A stretch of DNA of 63,785 bases, counting the filler, from Psammoneis japonica (lineage: Eukaryota), in assembly GCA_008632985.1 (NCBI GenBank). It is 4 parts of 4 records of this genome, joined end to end, with 100 filler letters (N's around TTAATTAATTAA, not from the genome) between each part and the next. Parts side by side here need not be neighbours in the genome. Positions count along the whole stretch, not along the records: positions 19,979 to 39,451 come from QPGO01000465.1; positions 39,552 to 58,732 come from QPGO01000462.1; 2 more parts are not named here. One strand, 5' to 3'. A model generated the notes under the pieces. The model was not told the DNA's origin. It searched no databases and was given only the letters and a program-made list of their open reading frames with translations. This document shows positions 34,751 through 45,599 of the stretch, one piece after another. The position numbers were made by a program, and so were the translations under genes. Numbering within the stretch: the stretch's first letter is position 1; each line of letters starts with the position of its first letter.

Positions 34751-35210
34751 ATGTCATCTCAAGCACCACCAGCAAAGAAGAGAAAGAAAAATGAGACTGT
34801 TGAGCCAATGAGCCCAAGACTTCAGGCAGCCTTGAAGAGAGCAGGCACGCAGGCAGCGCATGGTGCATTGAAATCAGAAGTGGAGAAGGTGGCTGGAAAT
34901 GATCTCTTTCCACAGGTGAAGTTTCTCAGTCTGTCAGAGTTGGCAAGCAATGGGAGCATCTCAATGTTTGTCAAGAAACAGATTGCTGGTGGCAACATGA
35001 ACACTTCAAATTGGTCAGGAGCTTGGGAGGAATGGGCAAAAAAGGCGGCAAAAAGGCAAGTTGACAATCACAGAAACACGGCATCATGGGCTGTTGGGGC
35101 GGAGGCAATGGCCCGCAAGTTGGGTGACCAATGTGTGTGATTCGAGAGTTGTGTGTGTCTCACAAGAAGATGACAGCGATGCTCCATCTGCACAGGCATT
35201 GTCACCAAGA
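34751..35210 (+). pseudogene. Small repeat-associated ORF with NLS-like PAKKRKK and probable intron 35115-35195
   Basis: 129-aa ORF; partial copies at 38749-38940 and 25700-25755; gcaagt...tctcac...cag resembles a GTAAGT..CTCAC..CAG intron. Confidence 0.45.
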
Positions 35211-37435
35211 AAACAAGCATGTCTTTTCAAGGAAAACAAACATGTCTTTTCAAGGAAAACAAACATGTCGTTTCAAGGAAAACAAACATGTCGTTTCAAG
35301 GAAAACAAACGTGTGTTTTCAAGGAAAACAAACGTGTGGTTTCAAGGAAAACAAACACGCAAACAAACTTGTCTTTTCAAGGAAAACAAACATGTCGTTT
35401 CAAGGAAAACAAACTTGTCTTTTAAAGGAAAACAAACATGTCGTTTCAAGGAAAACAAACATCTCTTTTCAAGGAAAACAAATGTGTTGTTTCAAGGAAA
35501 ACAAACATGTCTTTTCAAGGAAAACAAACGTGTCATTTCAAGGAAAACAAACATGTGGTTTCAAAGAAAACAAACATGTCGTTTCAAGGAAAACAAACAT
35601 GTCTTTTCAAGGAAAACAAACATTTTGTTTCAAGGAAAACAAAATTGTCTTTTCAATGAAAACAAACATGTCGTTTCAAGGAAAACAAACGTGTGGTTTC
35701 AAGGAAAACAAACATGTGGTTTCAAGGAAAACAAACATGTTGTTTCAAAGAAAACAAACATGTCTTTTCAAGAAAAACAAACATGTCGTTTCAAAGAAAA
35801 CAAACATGCCATTTCAAGGAAAACAAATGTGTGTTTTCAAGGAAAACAAACATGTCGTTTCAAGGAAAACAAACATGCCATTTCAAGGAAAACAAACATG
35901 TTGTTTCATGGAAAACAAGTGTGTCTTTTCCAGGAAAACAAACATGTGTTTCAAGGAAAACAAACATGTCGTTTCAAGAAAAACAAACATGTCGTTTCAA
36001 CAAAAACAAACACGTTGTTTCAACAAAAACAAACATGTCATTTCAAGGAAAACAAACATGTTTTTTTTTAAGAGAAACAAACATGTCTTCATTTCAAAGG
36101 AAAACAAACATGTCTTTTCATGAAAAACAAACATGTCATTTCAAGGAAAACAGACATGTCTTTTCAAGGGAAACAAACATGTTGTTTCAAGGAAAACAAA
36201 CACTCCTTTCCAGGAAAACAAACATGTTGTTTCAAGGAAAACAAACACTCCTTTCCAGGAAAACAAACATGTTGTTTCAAGGAAAACAAACAAGTCATTT
36301 CAAGGAAAACAAACGTGTCTTTTCAAAATGACAAACATGTCATTTCAAGAAAAACAAACATGTTGCAGCATGCCTCACTGCTGGACAACACGGCGAGACC
36401 GTGCATGAGCCTCTTGTGCGTGGCAACGCAGCATTGTCAACACGCACCTGGGAAGCACGACCACAGGAGGGCGTGGCTCTAGGTCTCAGGCAATTCCAGA
36501 AGGATGCTAAGAGAGCATCCGTGTGAAGCACACTGGCCCGTCGTCTGGCCCACGATGGCAGCGTGATTCCACACGATGACATCACTCGTGCATGGCGCGT
36601 GATGGCTTGATTTGCACGATCCACAATGCGAACGCACGATCGATTTGATGCGATCCAAATGCAAACGAACAGGGATTTGGCAAGATTCCCCATTCGCATG
36701 ATCCCATTTTCTCTGCTCTAAACTAGCTCAAAATTTTCACAATGACAAAGTCGCAACACATCTTCTTTTTCAGCGCCTGGTGCATGCACAGGGGTCTCGC
36801 CGTGTTGTCCAGTGGCGAGGCACACTGCAATGTCTTTTCAATGAAAACAAACGTGTTGTTTCAAGGAAAACAAACAACACGTTCCAGCCCTGGGCGGGAC
36901 TTCGTGTGACATTGGGCCCGCAGAATTCTGCATGCGAGCTCCGCAGCACGAGAATTTAATCAATGGATGTGTTTGTCTTCAACATCAAACAAACGGCCAA
37001 GTTTGTGGCACAATCATGCCTCTTGCCACTCAACGATTTTGCAAATGCACCTGCCCTGCACAATTCTTAAGGCATTGTAGAATCGCGCTGTGACAAAAAA
37101 TGTCAAAAGTTGTTGGATGGATCGCTCAACAAGTGCACCATAAAATGACACAAAATGTCAAAAAAATCACGTAGAAATCTACGTGCTTGACATGCGACGT
37201 GATTCAAAAAACTGTCGATGTCACAGTTCAGCAGTGCGAGGTCCCACCTGGACCTGGAACGCGTCAAACATGTCGTTTAAAGGAAAACAAACATGTTGTT
37301 TCCAAGAAAACAAACATGTCTTTTCAAGGAAAACAAACATGTCTTTTCAAGGAAGGAAAACAAACGCGTTGTTTCAAGGAAAACAAACATGTCTTTTTGA
37401 CAAAAACAAACATGTCTTTTCAAGAAAAACAAACA
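35205..37435 (+). repeat. 23-bp satellite arrays (35205-36363, 36830-36877, 37262-37435)
   Basis: Same unit as above. Confidence 0.95.
36366..36827. mobile_element. MITE with ~35-bp TIRs, Tc1/mariner-pogo type
   Basis: Left cagcatgcctcactgctggacaacacggcgagacc; right (reverse complement) cagtgtgcctcgccactggacaacacggcgagacc; flanked by TG (36364-5) and CA (36828-9). Confidence 0.8.
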
Positions 37436-38748
37436 ACTTGGAGCACGCCAAGAAAGCCTTGATGACAGTTGGCCGTTTTGGCATTTAACTCAGGCGAGCC
37501 ATCCAGTTCAGGCCTGTTTCCCAAGCTCAAGGGCGTCGACGCATTTGTCGGAAGACACCTGTCAATTTGCTTGAGCTCCAACTCAACATCAGCCAATGCC
37601 CATTTGACTCAAAGGTCAGAGGACATGGCCCAGCGTGCCTTGCTTTCCAAGTCAGACAACTGGCACTTTCTGATCTGGGTGCCCAAGCGCTCCTCCGGCT
37701 CGCGAACACTTCTGTCCGTGAGCGTGCACCCAGTGCTCACTCAACCCCATNNNNNNNNNNNNNNNNNNNNNNNNNNNNNNNNNNNNNNNNNNNNNNNNNN
37801 NNNNNNNNNNNNNNNNNNNNNNNNNNNNNNNNNNNNNNNNNNNNNNNNNNNNNNNNNNNNNNNNNNNNNNNNNNNNNNNNNNNNNNNNNNNNNNNNNNNN
37901 NNNNNNNNNNNNNNNNNNNNNNNNNNNNNNNNNNNNNNNNNNNNNNNNNNNNNNNNNNNNNNNNNNNNNNNNNNNNNNNNNNNNNNNNNNNNNNNNNNNN
38001 NNNNNNNNNNNNNNNNNNNNNNNNNNNNNNNNNNNNNNNNNNNNNNNNNNNNNNNNNNNNNNNNNNNNNNNNNNNNNNNNNNNNNNNNNNNNNNNNNNNN
38101 NNNNNNNNNNNNNNNNNNNNNNNNNNNNNNNNNNNNNNNNNNNNNNNNNNNNNNNNNNNNNNNNNNNNNNNNNNNNNNNNNNNNNNNNNNNNNNNNNNNN
38201 NNNNNNNNNNNNNNNNNNNNNNNNNNNNNNNNNNNNNNNNNNNNNNNNNNNNNNNNNNNNNNNNNNNNNNNNNNNNNNNNNNNNNNNNNNNNNNNNNNNN
38301 NNNNNNNNNNNNNNNNNNNNNNNNNNNNNNNNNNNNNNNNNNNNNNNNNNNNNNNNNNNNNNNNNNNNNNNNNNNNNNNNNNNNNNNNNNNNNNNNNNNN
38401 NNNNNNNNNNNNNNNNNNNNNNNNNNNNNNNNNNNNNNNNNNNNNNNNNNNNNNNNNNNNNNNNNNNNNNNNNNNNNNNNNNNNNNNNNNNNNNNNNNNN
38501 NNNNNNNNNNNNNNNNNNNNNNNNNNNNNNNNNNNNNNNNNNNNNNNNNNNNNNNNNNNNNNNNNNNNNNNNNNNNNNNNNNNNNNNNNNNNNNNNNNNN
38601 NNNNNNNNNNNNNNNNNNNNNNNNNNNNNNNNNNNNNNNNNNNNNNNNNNNNNNNNNNNNNNNNNNNNNNNNNNNNNNNNNNNNNNNNNNNNNNNNNNNN
38701 NNNNNNNNNNNNNNNNNNNNNNNNNNNNNNNNNNNNNNNNNNNNNNNN

Positions 38749-39451
38749 GGAACTTGGGAGGAATGGGCAAAAAAGGTGGCAAAAGGCAAGTTGACAATCT
38801 CAGAAACACGATGTGTTCGGCTGTTGGGGCGGAGGCAATGGCCCGCAAGTTGGGTGAGATGTGTGTGACTCAAGAGCTGCGCGCATCTCACAAGAAGATG
38901 ACGGTGATGCTTTGTCTGTGCAGGCGTTGTCACCAAGGAAGAGGGGAAGGAAAAAGAAAGAAACTCAAGGCGGCAGTCAAGAGGAAAAAAGCAGGCAGGA
39001 AAAAGTCAAGCCATGAAAGAATGAAAAGAAAGACATCCCGATTGTGCGACATGGATCCGCCCAGCCTGACACTGTCGCCGCAGCAAATGAAGGACAAGCA
39101 GGCCACACAAGCGGTTCTGTGATCACACCCTGTTTGCAAAATTGACAAACCAAGGATTGTTGGCAATGCAATCACAGATTGGCACATGGCAACAGGTGAA
39201 GGCAGAAATGGGATGTGGGCACGTGAAAAATGGCACACATGATTCTCAACGAGTTGTTGTGATTGGCGCAGCAAACTTGCAACAGAGGTTGGCCTGTCAT
39301 TGTGCGACAACAAAATTTTTCCAACATTTTGACAAATTGTCATCATGCAAATCACACATTTTAACATTTCGTGCACTCTGATGCGTTGCGTTGTTGCACA
39401 GCATCATCAACAGCATTTGTCCAACTCTCCTCTCATTGCAGGATGGGTTTG
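38749..39451 (+). repeat. Dispersed repeat copy (homologous to 35020-35208 and, inverted, to 25213-25690)
   Basis: Direct alignment by eye. Confidence 0.88.
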
Positions 39452-39551
39452 NNNNNNNNNNNNNNNNNNNNNNNNNNNNNNNNNNNNNNNNNNNNTTAAT
39501 TAATTAANNNNNNNNNNNNNNNNNNNNNNNNNNNNNNNNNNNNNNNNNNNN

Positions 39552-40960
39552 CATGTCTGAGTTGCAGTTGGATCCATCAGCCATCCACCTGCGGTGAATG
39601 GCTCTGTCACTGCCACCCTTGACGCCGTCTCGGACAAATTGCTCCATCAAATCTGACAAGCTCCTGGATGCTCACAAGTTTGAACTGGTGTCCATGCGAA
39701 GAGCATGGCTTCAACTCTCCCGCGGCGCACAAGTTTGAACATGTTTCTACTTTGCTGTAGAATGACTTTCTGGGGTCTGAGTTGACACCCGACCGTGTGG
39801 TGTCACACATTGGCAGAATCAATTGACAGAAAAACAAAGCATCCCGATTTTTCATCCGCTCAGCTTTCATTCCCAACGATCGCAACACATCTGCATCCAA
39901 TGATCCTTTCCCAATGGCTGGAAATGGGTTGTCTTTTGATGCACCCGATCCATTCGGCAGTGACAACATCAGATCTTTGTCATCATCAGCAACATCGTTG
40001 TTGGACATGGGCCGATCCCATGCCTGACAAAAGAGCCGCCATCCATGGGAAATTCGTTTCCCTTCCGAATTCTCAGGTGCTGGTGTGGCACCAGTTGGCA
40101 AGCTGTGATGAACATGCTCCTTCTCCCCTCTTGCCTCAAACTCAGGGTGGAGCGCATGTCTGCTCCACCCTCCAGGATTGTCCACATCAGCAAATGGTGG
40201 CTCCCCCTTGTCTGCTTTTTATTTCAGGTGGCTGCCACCCTTCAGGAGTGCCTGGAATGTTCAACTGTGCCGATGGGTCATGCTCACCATGGTGCAGCAG
40301 CAAGGCAGTGTGGTCGTTGTCAGCCACAGTCTGTTTGTCACTGTCTTGGTCCACAACACGCGATCTCAACCGTTCCAAATGGGCTTCAGCACGAGCTCCA
40401 TCAACATCATTGACATTCTCATGCTCTTCGTTGCCATCACCGCCATCTCCCGTCTCTGTCTCATCCTCAAGGACATGCTCGGGGTTCACCAGTTGGTCCT
40501 CCACGGTTGCGGGACCAAAGTCTGTGGCCGTCATGTGCAGCGGTGGCCCTGGTTGTTGTGCTGCCATTCCACCAAACGCTTCATTGGTGCTTTCAGAGGC
40601 GGCCATCTTCGTCACGACGTTGATGATCCGACTCACTGAGCATGTCACTTTGACGACAATGGCGGTGGCTGTGGTTGTTGGTTTTTTTTGTAGTCATCGG
40701 CTTTTCAACGTAGACTCAGGTGACATTTCTACGGCGATGCGTCACTGCAAAAAACCCGGGATTCAGTCCCCGAACACCCCGGGTTTCATGCCCACTCCAT
40801 GTGCAGTGATGACGACAACAAAATGCCAATGTAACTCCAACCGTTGGACATGTTGTTTGAAGGGTAAACAGTCATTAACATCCCGACTAACGGCTAACGG
40901 CTAGTGGAAAACCCGGGACTGAATCCCGGGTTTTTCGGGGCGCCCAGACTATCTACCCAA
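39552..40960 (-). mobile_element. 5' part of a piggyBac-like (DDE_Tnp_1_7 / 'IS4') transposase gene, ATG ~40606, with subterminal inverted repeats
   Basis: VDNPGGWS, HSLPTGATP, KGSLD..L..LG...RM..DALFFCQLILPMCD..SG..DPR..FY..GHQFK..ELVRFDG, recalled as typical of diatom members; aaaaacccgggattcagtccc (~40750) is inverted at ~40915. Confidence 0.65.
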
Positions 40961-42139
40961 CACGCGGTGCAATCCAAAAAACTGTTGATGTCACAGCTCA
41001 GCAGTGCACACCGGCGCGTGGGAGCTGGAACGAATCTTGGACTGATAATTTCGAGCGCGCGATTAGCACAAAAATCGTCAGTCGTCATGGAAGCAATAAA
41101 AAGCAAAGGAAAAATGGCATCACCATGACGAAAGACGACAACTGTGGTAAAGAAGTTGAACCCTCCGATCTCGGATGGTACTTGGTCCTGAGGACGATTT
41201 CAGGATAAAAGGGTGTGGATGCAACCGACCAGAAAGTTATGGGTGTACGACTGTATGACAAACCGAGAAGTTCAGCTGCCAGTGGAATAAGAAAAGCCAC
41301 TGAGCTCAGCAACACGTTGACAACCAAAATCCATGTTATTTCTCTCTTCGTAACAATTCTTTATTCGAATCCTGGCCAATGAACGATTGGTGGAGTGCAG
41401 GTGTGTTTTGAAGTATGTATACCTTTGCTTATTATTGACGAATGATATACCGAGCATCTTGTCAATAAAGTGAGTTTTCATGCGGTTGCGTTGTTGGTAT
41501 CGTTGTTGTGTGTGGTTTGTTTTGCACTCAATATTATCATTTCTAACTACTGAACTTTTGTATTACATACTCGAGGAGTCGTGGACCTCTTTTTGAAGAA
41601 CATTCTGAAGAGTGTCGAGGACGGCATGGAGGATACGCTTGGTGGTGGAATATAAGGTGATAACAACCATTTGTTGCAGTACAACAAGACCGAGGACGAG
41701 AGTACAGTACCTTTGACGTTCTTGTTGTTGTAATTGCTACGTTTTTCTCGACATACGAACGAAAAACAGTGAATCAAAACGCACGATAGTCATCTTGCAT
41801 CAGAAATTTCGAGTATTCATAGCACATTACAAAAAGACAATGCCATCGTCACGAGACCAATAAGAAGAACTTGAATGTTCAGGACTAGGCTGACTTGGAT
41901 GATGATGGGAATGAATCGGTGAGGAGTCATTTATGGATCGGCCACTGAGTGATTTTCATGGCTCTATATGGCACAGCGTTCGTGCAAGTCCTTTCTGCGC
42001 AACCTCAACAAGGTCTATGTACGTTTGTACGGAGACAAGTTGCCTCCCTCGGAATTGCTAAAAATCTCTGTCTGGCATCGACGCTTTTCTTTAGGTTTGG
42101 CGGATATAGGGTGTTACGAAGTCTCAAGGACCCGTCACG

Positions 42140-42990
42140 GTGATTCCAAAGGCAAAGATGTTTTCTGTTGTAGTGGTGTTGGTTGTGGTTAGCATTTACA
42201 ATCGACTACTCGACTCGGACATTGCGCGACACAAAATCTTTTATGTCTTTGGGTCCTTCTACTTTTGCCCTTTCTTCTTTATTTCATATTTGCTCATGGA
42301 TGACGAGATTGGTTTGGCCAACCAACAACCCCACCCGACTCGTTGGGATGGATCAGCTATTGCTCCATTGAATCCTTTGGCTCCGTTGTGGTATCGCTCT
42401 TTTGGTCCTTCGCCAACTCCAACTTTTCGTTGGAGACAGCCAAGGCCTGTTACGGAGCATGGTGGCCACGGCCCAAGCCGGAGTATCCTTGGTCCTACTG
42501 CGTGGTGAATCGATACTGTGCGACTTGGGGTCCTGCCAAGTGTTACCTTGTTGGTGCACTCGTACACTCTTGCCGCAGTTTACCATGTGCACCTGTATTC
42601 TCATTTATGGGGTGGCCCGAAGAACAGCTTCTTTATGGTTGAAATGACCATTGTTGATTACACCGTGAAGGTGTCGACGCGAGACTACTTTGGCGAAGGC
42701 ATGAGTTGCCACATCCTGATACCGGAGACCACAGCATGTCGCAAGACGCAACCGCCGCCTGACGCTCCTCTCGTTCCCGCGCTCTGTCTGGTTGTCGTTA
42801 TCTTTGTCTGACTTCATCCGACCCTTAACGTCGTGTTTGCAGCCATGATGATGCTCAAGGCTTGTTCCTACGCCTTGAACAATCCTACCAAGGAAACGCT
42901 CTACAACCAACCTCGCCCGCGGTCCAGTACGAGGCATTGTCGTGGATTGATACCTTTGGTGCACGTGGAAGCAAGGCAAGCGCAAGCTCG
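42140..42990 (+). pseudogene. Nucleotide transporter (NTT / TLC ADP-ATP carrier family) fragments with frameshifts and deletions
   Basis: [81 protein letters not shown]. Confidence 0.85.
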
Positions 42991-43339
42991 TCTCATACTT
43001 GTCACCACGAATATGGTGAAGGGTATCCCGCAAATGTTTACGGTTTTTCTTTACCTTTAGGCTGTCGGCAGTGTTGTGACGAACGCCTTCTCTGACTCTG
43101 CGTCGTCCTTGGTTGCAAACGGTAGCTTGGTGGGAATGATGGTCGCCTCCTTTTTGATTTGGACTGCCCGCTGCATGGGAAAGAGAATGCACCAAGAGCG
43201 GATATATTGTCGGAGGTGACAATTGTGAATAGCAAAATGGACAATGAAGAGAAGAATTTGGAAATGGCCATGGTGCAGAACGAAGATAAGGATGCAAGTT
43301 GTGCCATTGGTGGCACGAGACTTGGGATTACCGGCGCAA

Positions 43340-43830
43340 CATTGGTATTGACACGGGGTTGCGGTATCAATACTCAAAACGACATCGGGGCATGGAGGCA
43401 TTTTGGCTGTAAACCCAATCCACAGTCCTTGTTGGATTCGCTTGAAGCGGATGGAACGAACAATAATATATTTGATATGCATCGTCAAGTGTCCGGTGCC
43501 ACAGGTGTGGGTGATTCGTATTTTAACAACAACGGACAGTCTGAAGCTACAGACAGTAATGACACCAAGGAATACTTACTCGTGACGAGAGAAGATACTG
43601 TTCGGGCATTGTATTTGGATGGGCTCGACATGGTGATTGTTGTGGGACGTCCCAATGGACCAGATGAGTACACTCATATTGCTGGAAGAACGGGACGGGC
43701 TGGACGGCGTGGCAAGGTTGTTGCTGTGGTTTCAGAAGACAACGCCGCGGCTTTGAAGTCGTGGGAACGCATGCTGAATGTGACCTTTGAGCTACTTGAC
43801 ATGGGCAATGTAGCAACGATCTTGGCGTGA
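43340..43830 (+). pseudogene. DEAD-box helicase C-terminal domain fragment
   Basis: LLVTREDTVRALYLDGLDMV..P..DEYTHIAGRTGRAGRRG (motifs V-VI); no motifs I-III upstream. Confidence 0.75.
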
Positions 43831-44241
43831 AATCTTAGAAATGATATGAACCAAAAGTCTCGCTTTGATGTTGGAGCTTAGTTGCCGGAGAGAGCTTGTG
43901 CACCAGCTAGTAATCGCGCTGATACTGATTTATCACTGTTGAGTTGCAATGACGGCTATTTTAAATACCATGTGTCGTTAGTAGGTTATGAAAGTACCTA
44001 CAAAGGGCTAGTAGAGTGTGCTACAGTACGACTATTGTAGAATGTAGCCCTCTCTAGGGCTGCATCGGCAACCATATGGTAACTACATAGAGCCCCTTAG
44101 AATAACGAACGATCATGATAATATTGTACTATACTTTCCGCTCGAAGCTAACTAATAACATATATCCCCTCGACGCTAATCGAGACTCACTAACGTCTCA
44201 ATTCCATTCAATCCCACCTAATGTCTGATGGTTCCGGGTGC

Positions 44242-45321
44242 TTAAACAACGATTCGAAAGGCGAGCCTGATTTGTTTCAAAGTTGTGTCCCAACTTCCAA
44301 TGGCAGGTTCGGGCACCTCAGCAGTGGTCTCGGGTTCTTCCCAGGGTTTCAAAACTGGTAGAGAATCTTGCAGAACGTTCATCAAACGCATTGACGTATC
44401 AAACACTTTCTTTTCCCAATATTTAGCCTTCCACTCAATCGTTGAGCGACAGTCAGACAGAATTGGGTCCAGAAACGAGACCTTTTCGAAAAGAAGGTTC
44501 GTCTGAGTCTTTGCTAGCGTAGTCAAGCGTGTCGACAATTCCAAAACTCTCTTCCCCCAATGTCCAACGCTCGATTTGATCTCAGAGAGATGGTTAGACA
44601 AGATTGGGTTCCGAAAAAACGGCAAAAAATTATCGCGTTCCTGAAGAACGAGTGCCTGAGTCTGGATTTGTGCGATGACGTCGTTCGAAAGTACGTCTAC
44701 AAGTTTCCACCAAAGCTGAAACGCTTCCGACTTGATATCCGAAAAGATGCTGCACGTGTCCGACAAGAAGGCCGACTGGATCTCCAAAAATATCGTGAAC
44801 GTATCTTGGAACGGGACTGACTTGGTCTCAACCGTGCTGTCGGGAGTGGTGTTGTGAAAGATGTGCTGGAGGCTGCCGTTGGAGTCGCCATTGTTGTCCT
44901 GAACAAAATATTCATAGACACAATACTCGTTGGCGTCTTCTGCTGGTACAATCGTGGGCGTGGTATTGCGTAGGAGGTCTTGGACGCGACTCGGAGACTT
45001 GTCGCCGTCGTCAAAATAAACGCAGAAGCCGGAAATGATGATGGCGTTTTCAAAGGGAACAGTGTTGGGAGCGTCGTTGCTGATGATGTTATGGTAGTAG
45101 CTGGAGGTAGTGTCGATATCTGAGTAACGGGTGTTGTCCAAAAACTTGCGTAAGAGCTCTTGGTTGATCGTGGCGATGCTGTCGGTCGCCGTGGTGGCCT
45201 TGATCGACAAGGCGCTAACGCCGCGCTTTGCCGCATCAACAAACGAGGCAGAGAGAGGACTGATAATGGCACCAGCGCTCATGGCGGCTATGATAGCAAG
45301 GACAAAGTTCATGATTTTCAT
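44242..45321 (-). CDS. Hypothetical protein (~359 aa) with N-terminal signal peptide
   Basis: Long ORF in normal-composition DNA; hydrophobic leader MKIMNFVLAIIAAMSAGAII; normal Tyr content; decayed paralog at 58.3-58.7 kb. Confidence 0.7.
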   Translation of the reverse strand: MKIMNFVLAIIAAMSAGAIISPLSASFVDAAKRGVSALSIKATTATDSIATINQELLRKFLDNTRYSDIDTTSSYYHNIISNDAPNTVPFENAIIISGFCVYFDDGDKSPSRVQDLLRNTTPTIVPAEDANEYCVYEYFVQDNNGDSNGSLQHIFHNTTPDSTVETKSVPFQDTFTIFLEIQSAFLSDTCSIFSDIKSEAFQLWWKLVDVLSNDVIAQIQTQALVLQERDNFLPFFRNPILSNHLSEIKSSVGHWGKRVLELSTRLTTLAKTQTNLLFEKVSFLDPILSDCRSTIEWKAKYWEKKVFDTSMRLMNVLQDSLPVLKPWEEPETTAEVPEPAIGSWDTTLKQIRLAFRIVV

Positions 45322-45599
45322 GATGGACTGTGAACTGACGAGCAATTCAGAAATTGTGAGAGCACTCGAACGAGGAGAGATTCTGTCTGCAATGGAGGCG
45401 CCGTCGTACACGTAGAAATCTACGTGGCGTGGGCCGTTTCCCAGTTGCATTGAAGTTCGAAGAAAGTTTCGCGATGGTTATTTTGGCGCAGTTGGTGCTC
45501 CTATCGAGCTTAGATGATCGTGCTATTCCACGCAGCCAGCACATTAATTCTAGAGCGCCAGGCTGTCTCTGAGAGGTTTGACTCTGCTCACCACTTTCC

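Noticed and set aside
1..40700. Classical fungal RIP or plain CpG methylation decay as the sole explanation
   Set aside because: Both are C->T and cannot turn Tyr codons into His/Cys or remove TpA. CpG decay is present but accounts only for the CG loss. TG-vs-CA differences alone are ambiguous and were not used as sole proof.
40940..40965. piggyBac terminus with TTAA TSD
   Set aside because: No GGG-TTAA end visible and the other end is lost at the spacer; terminus left undefined
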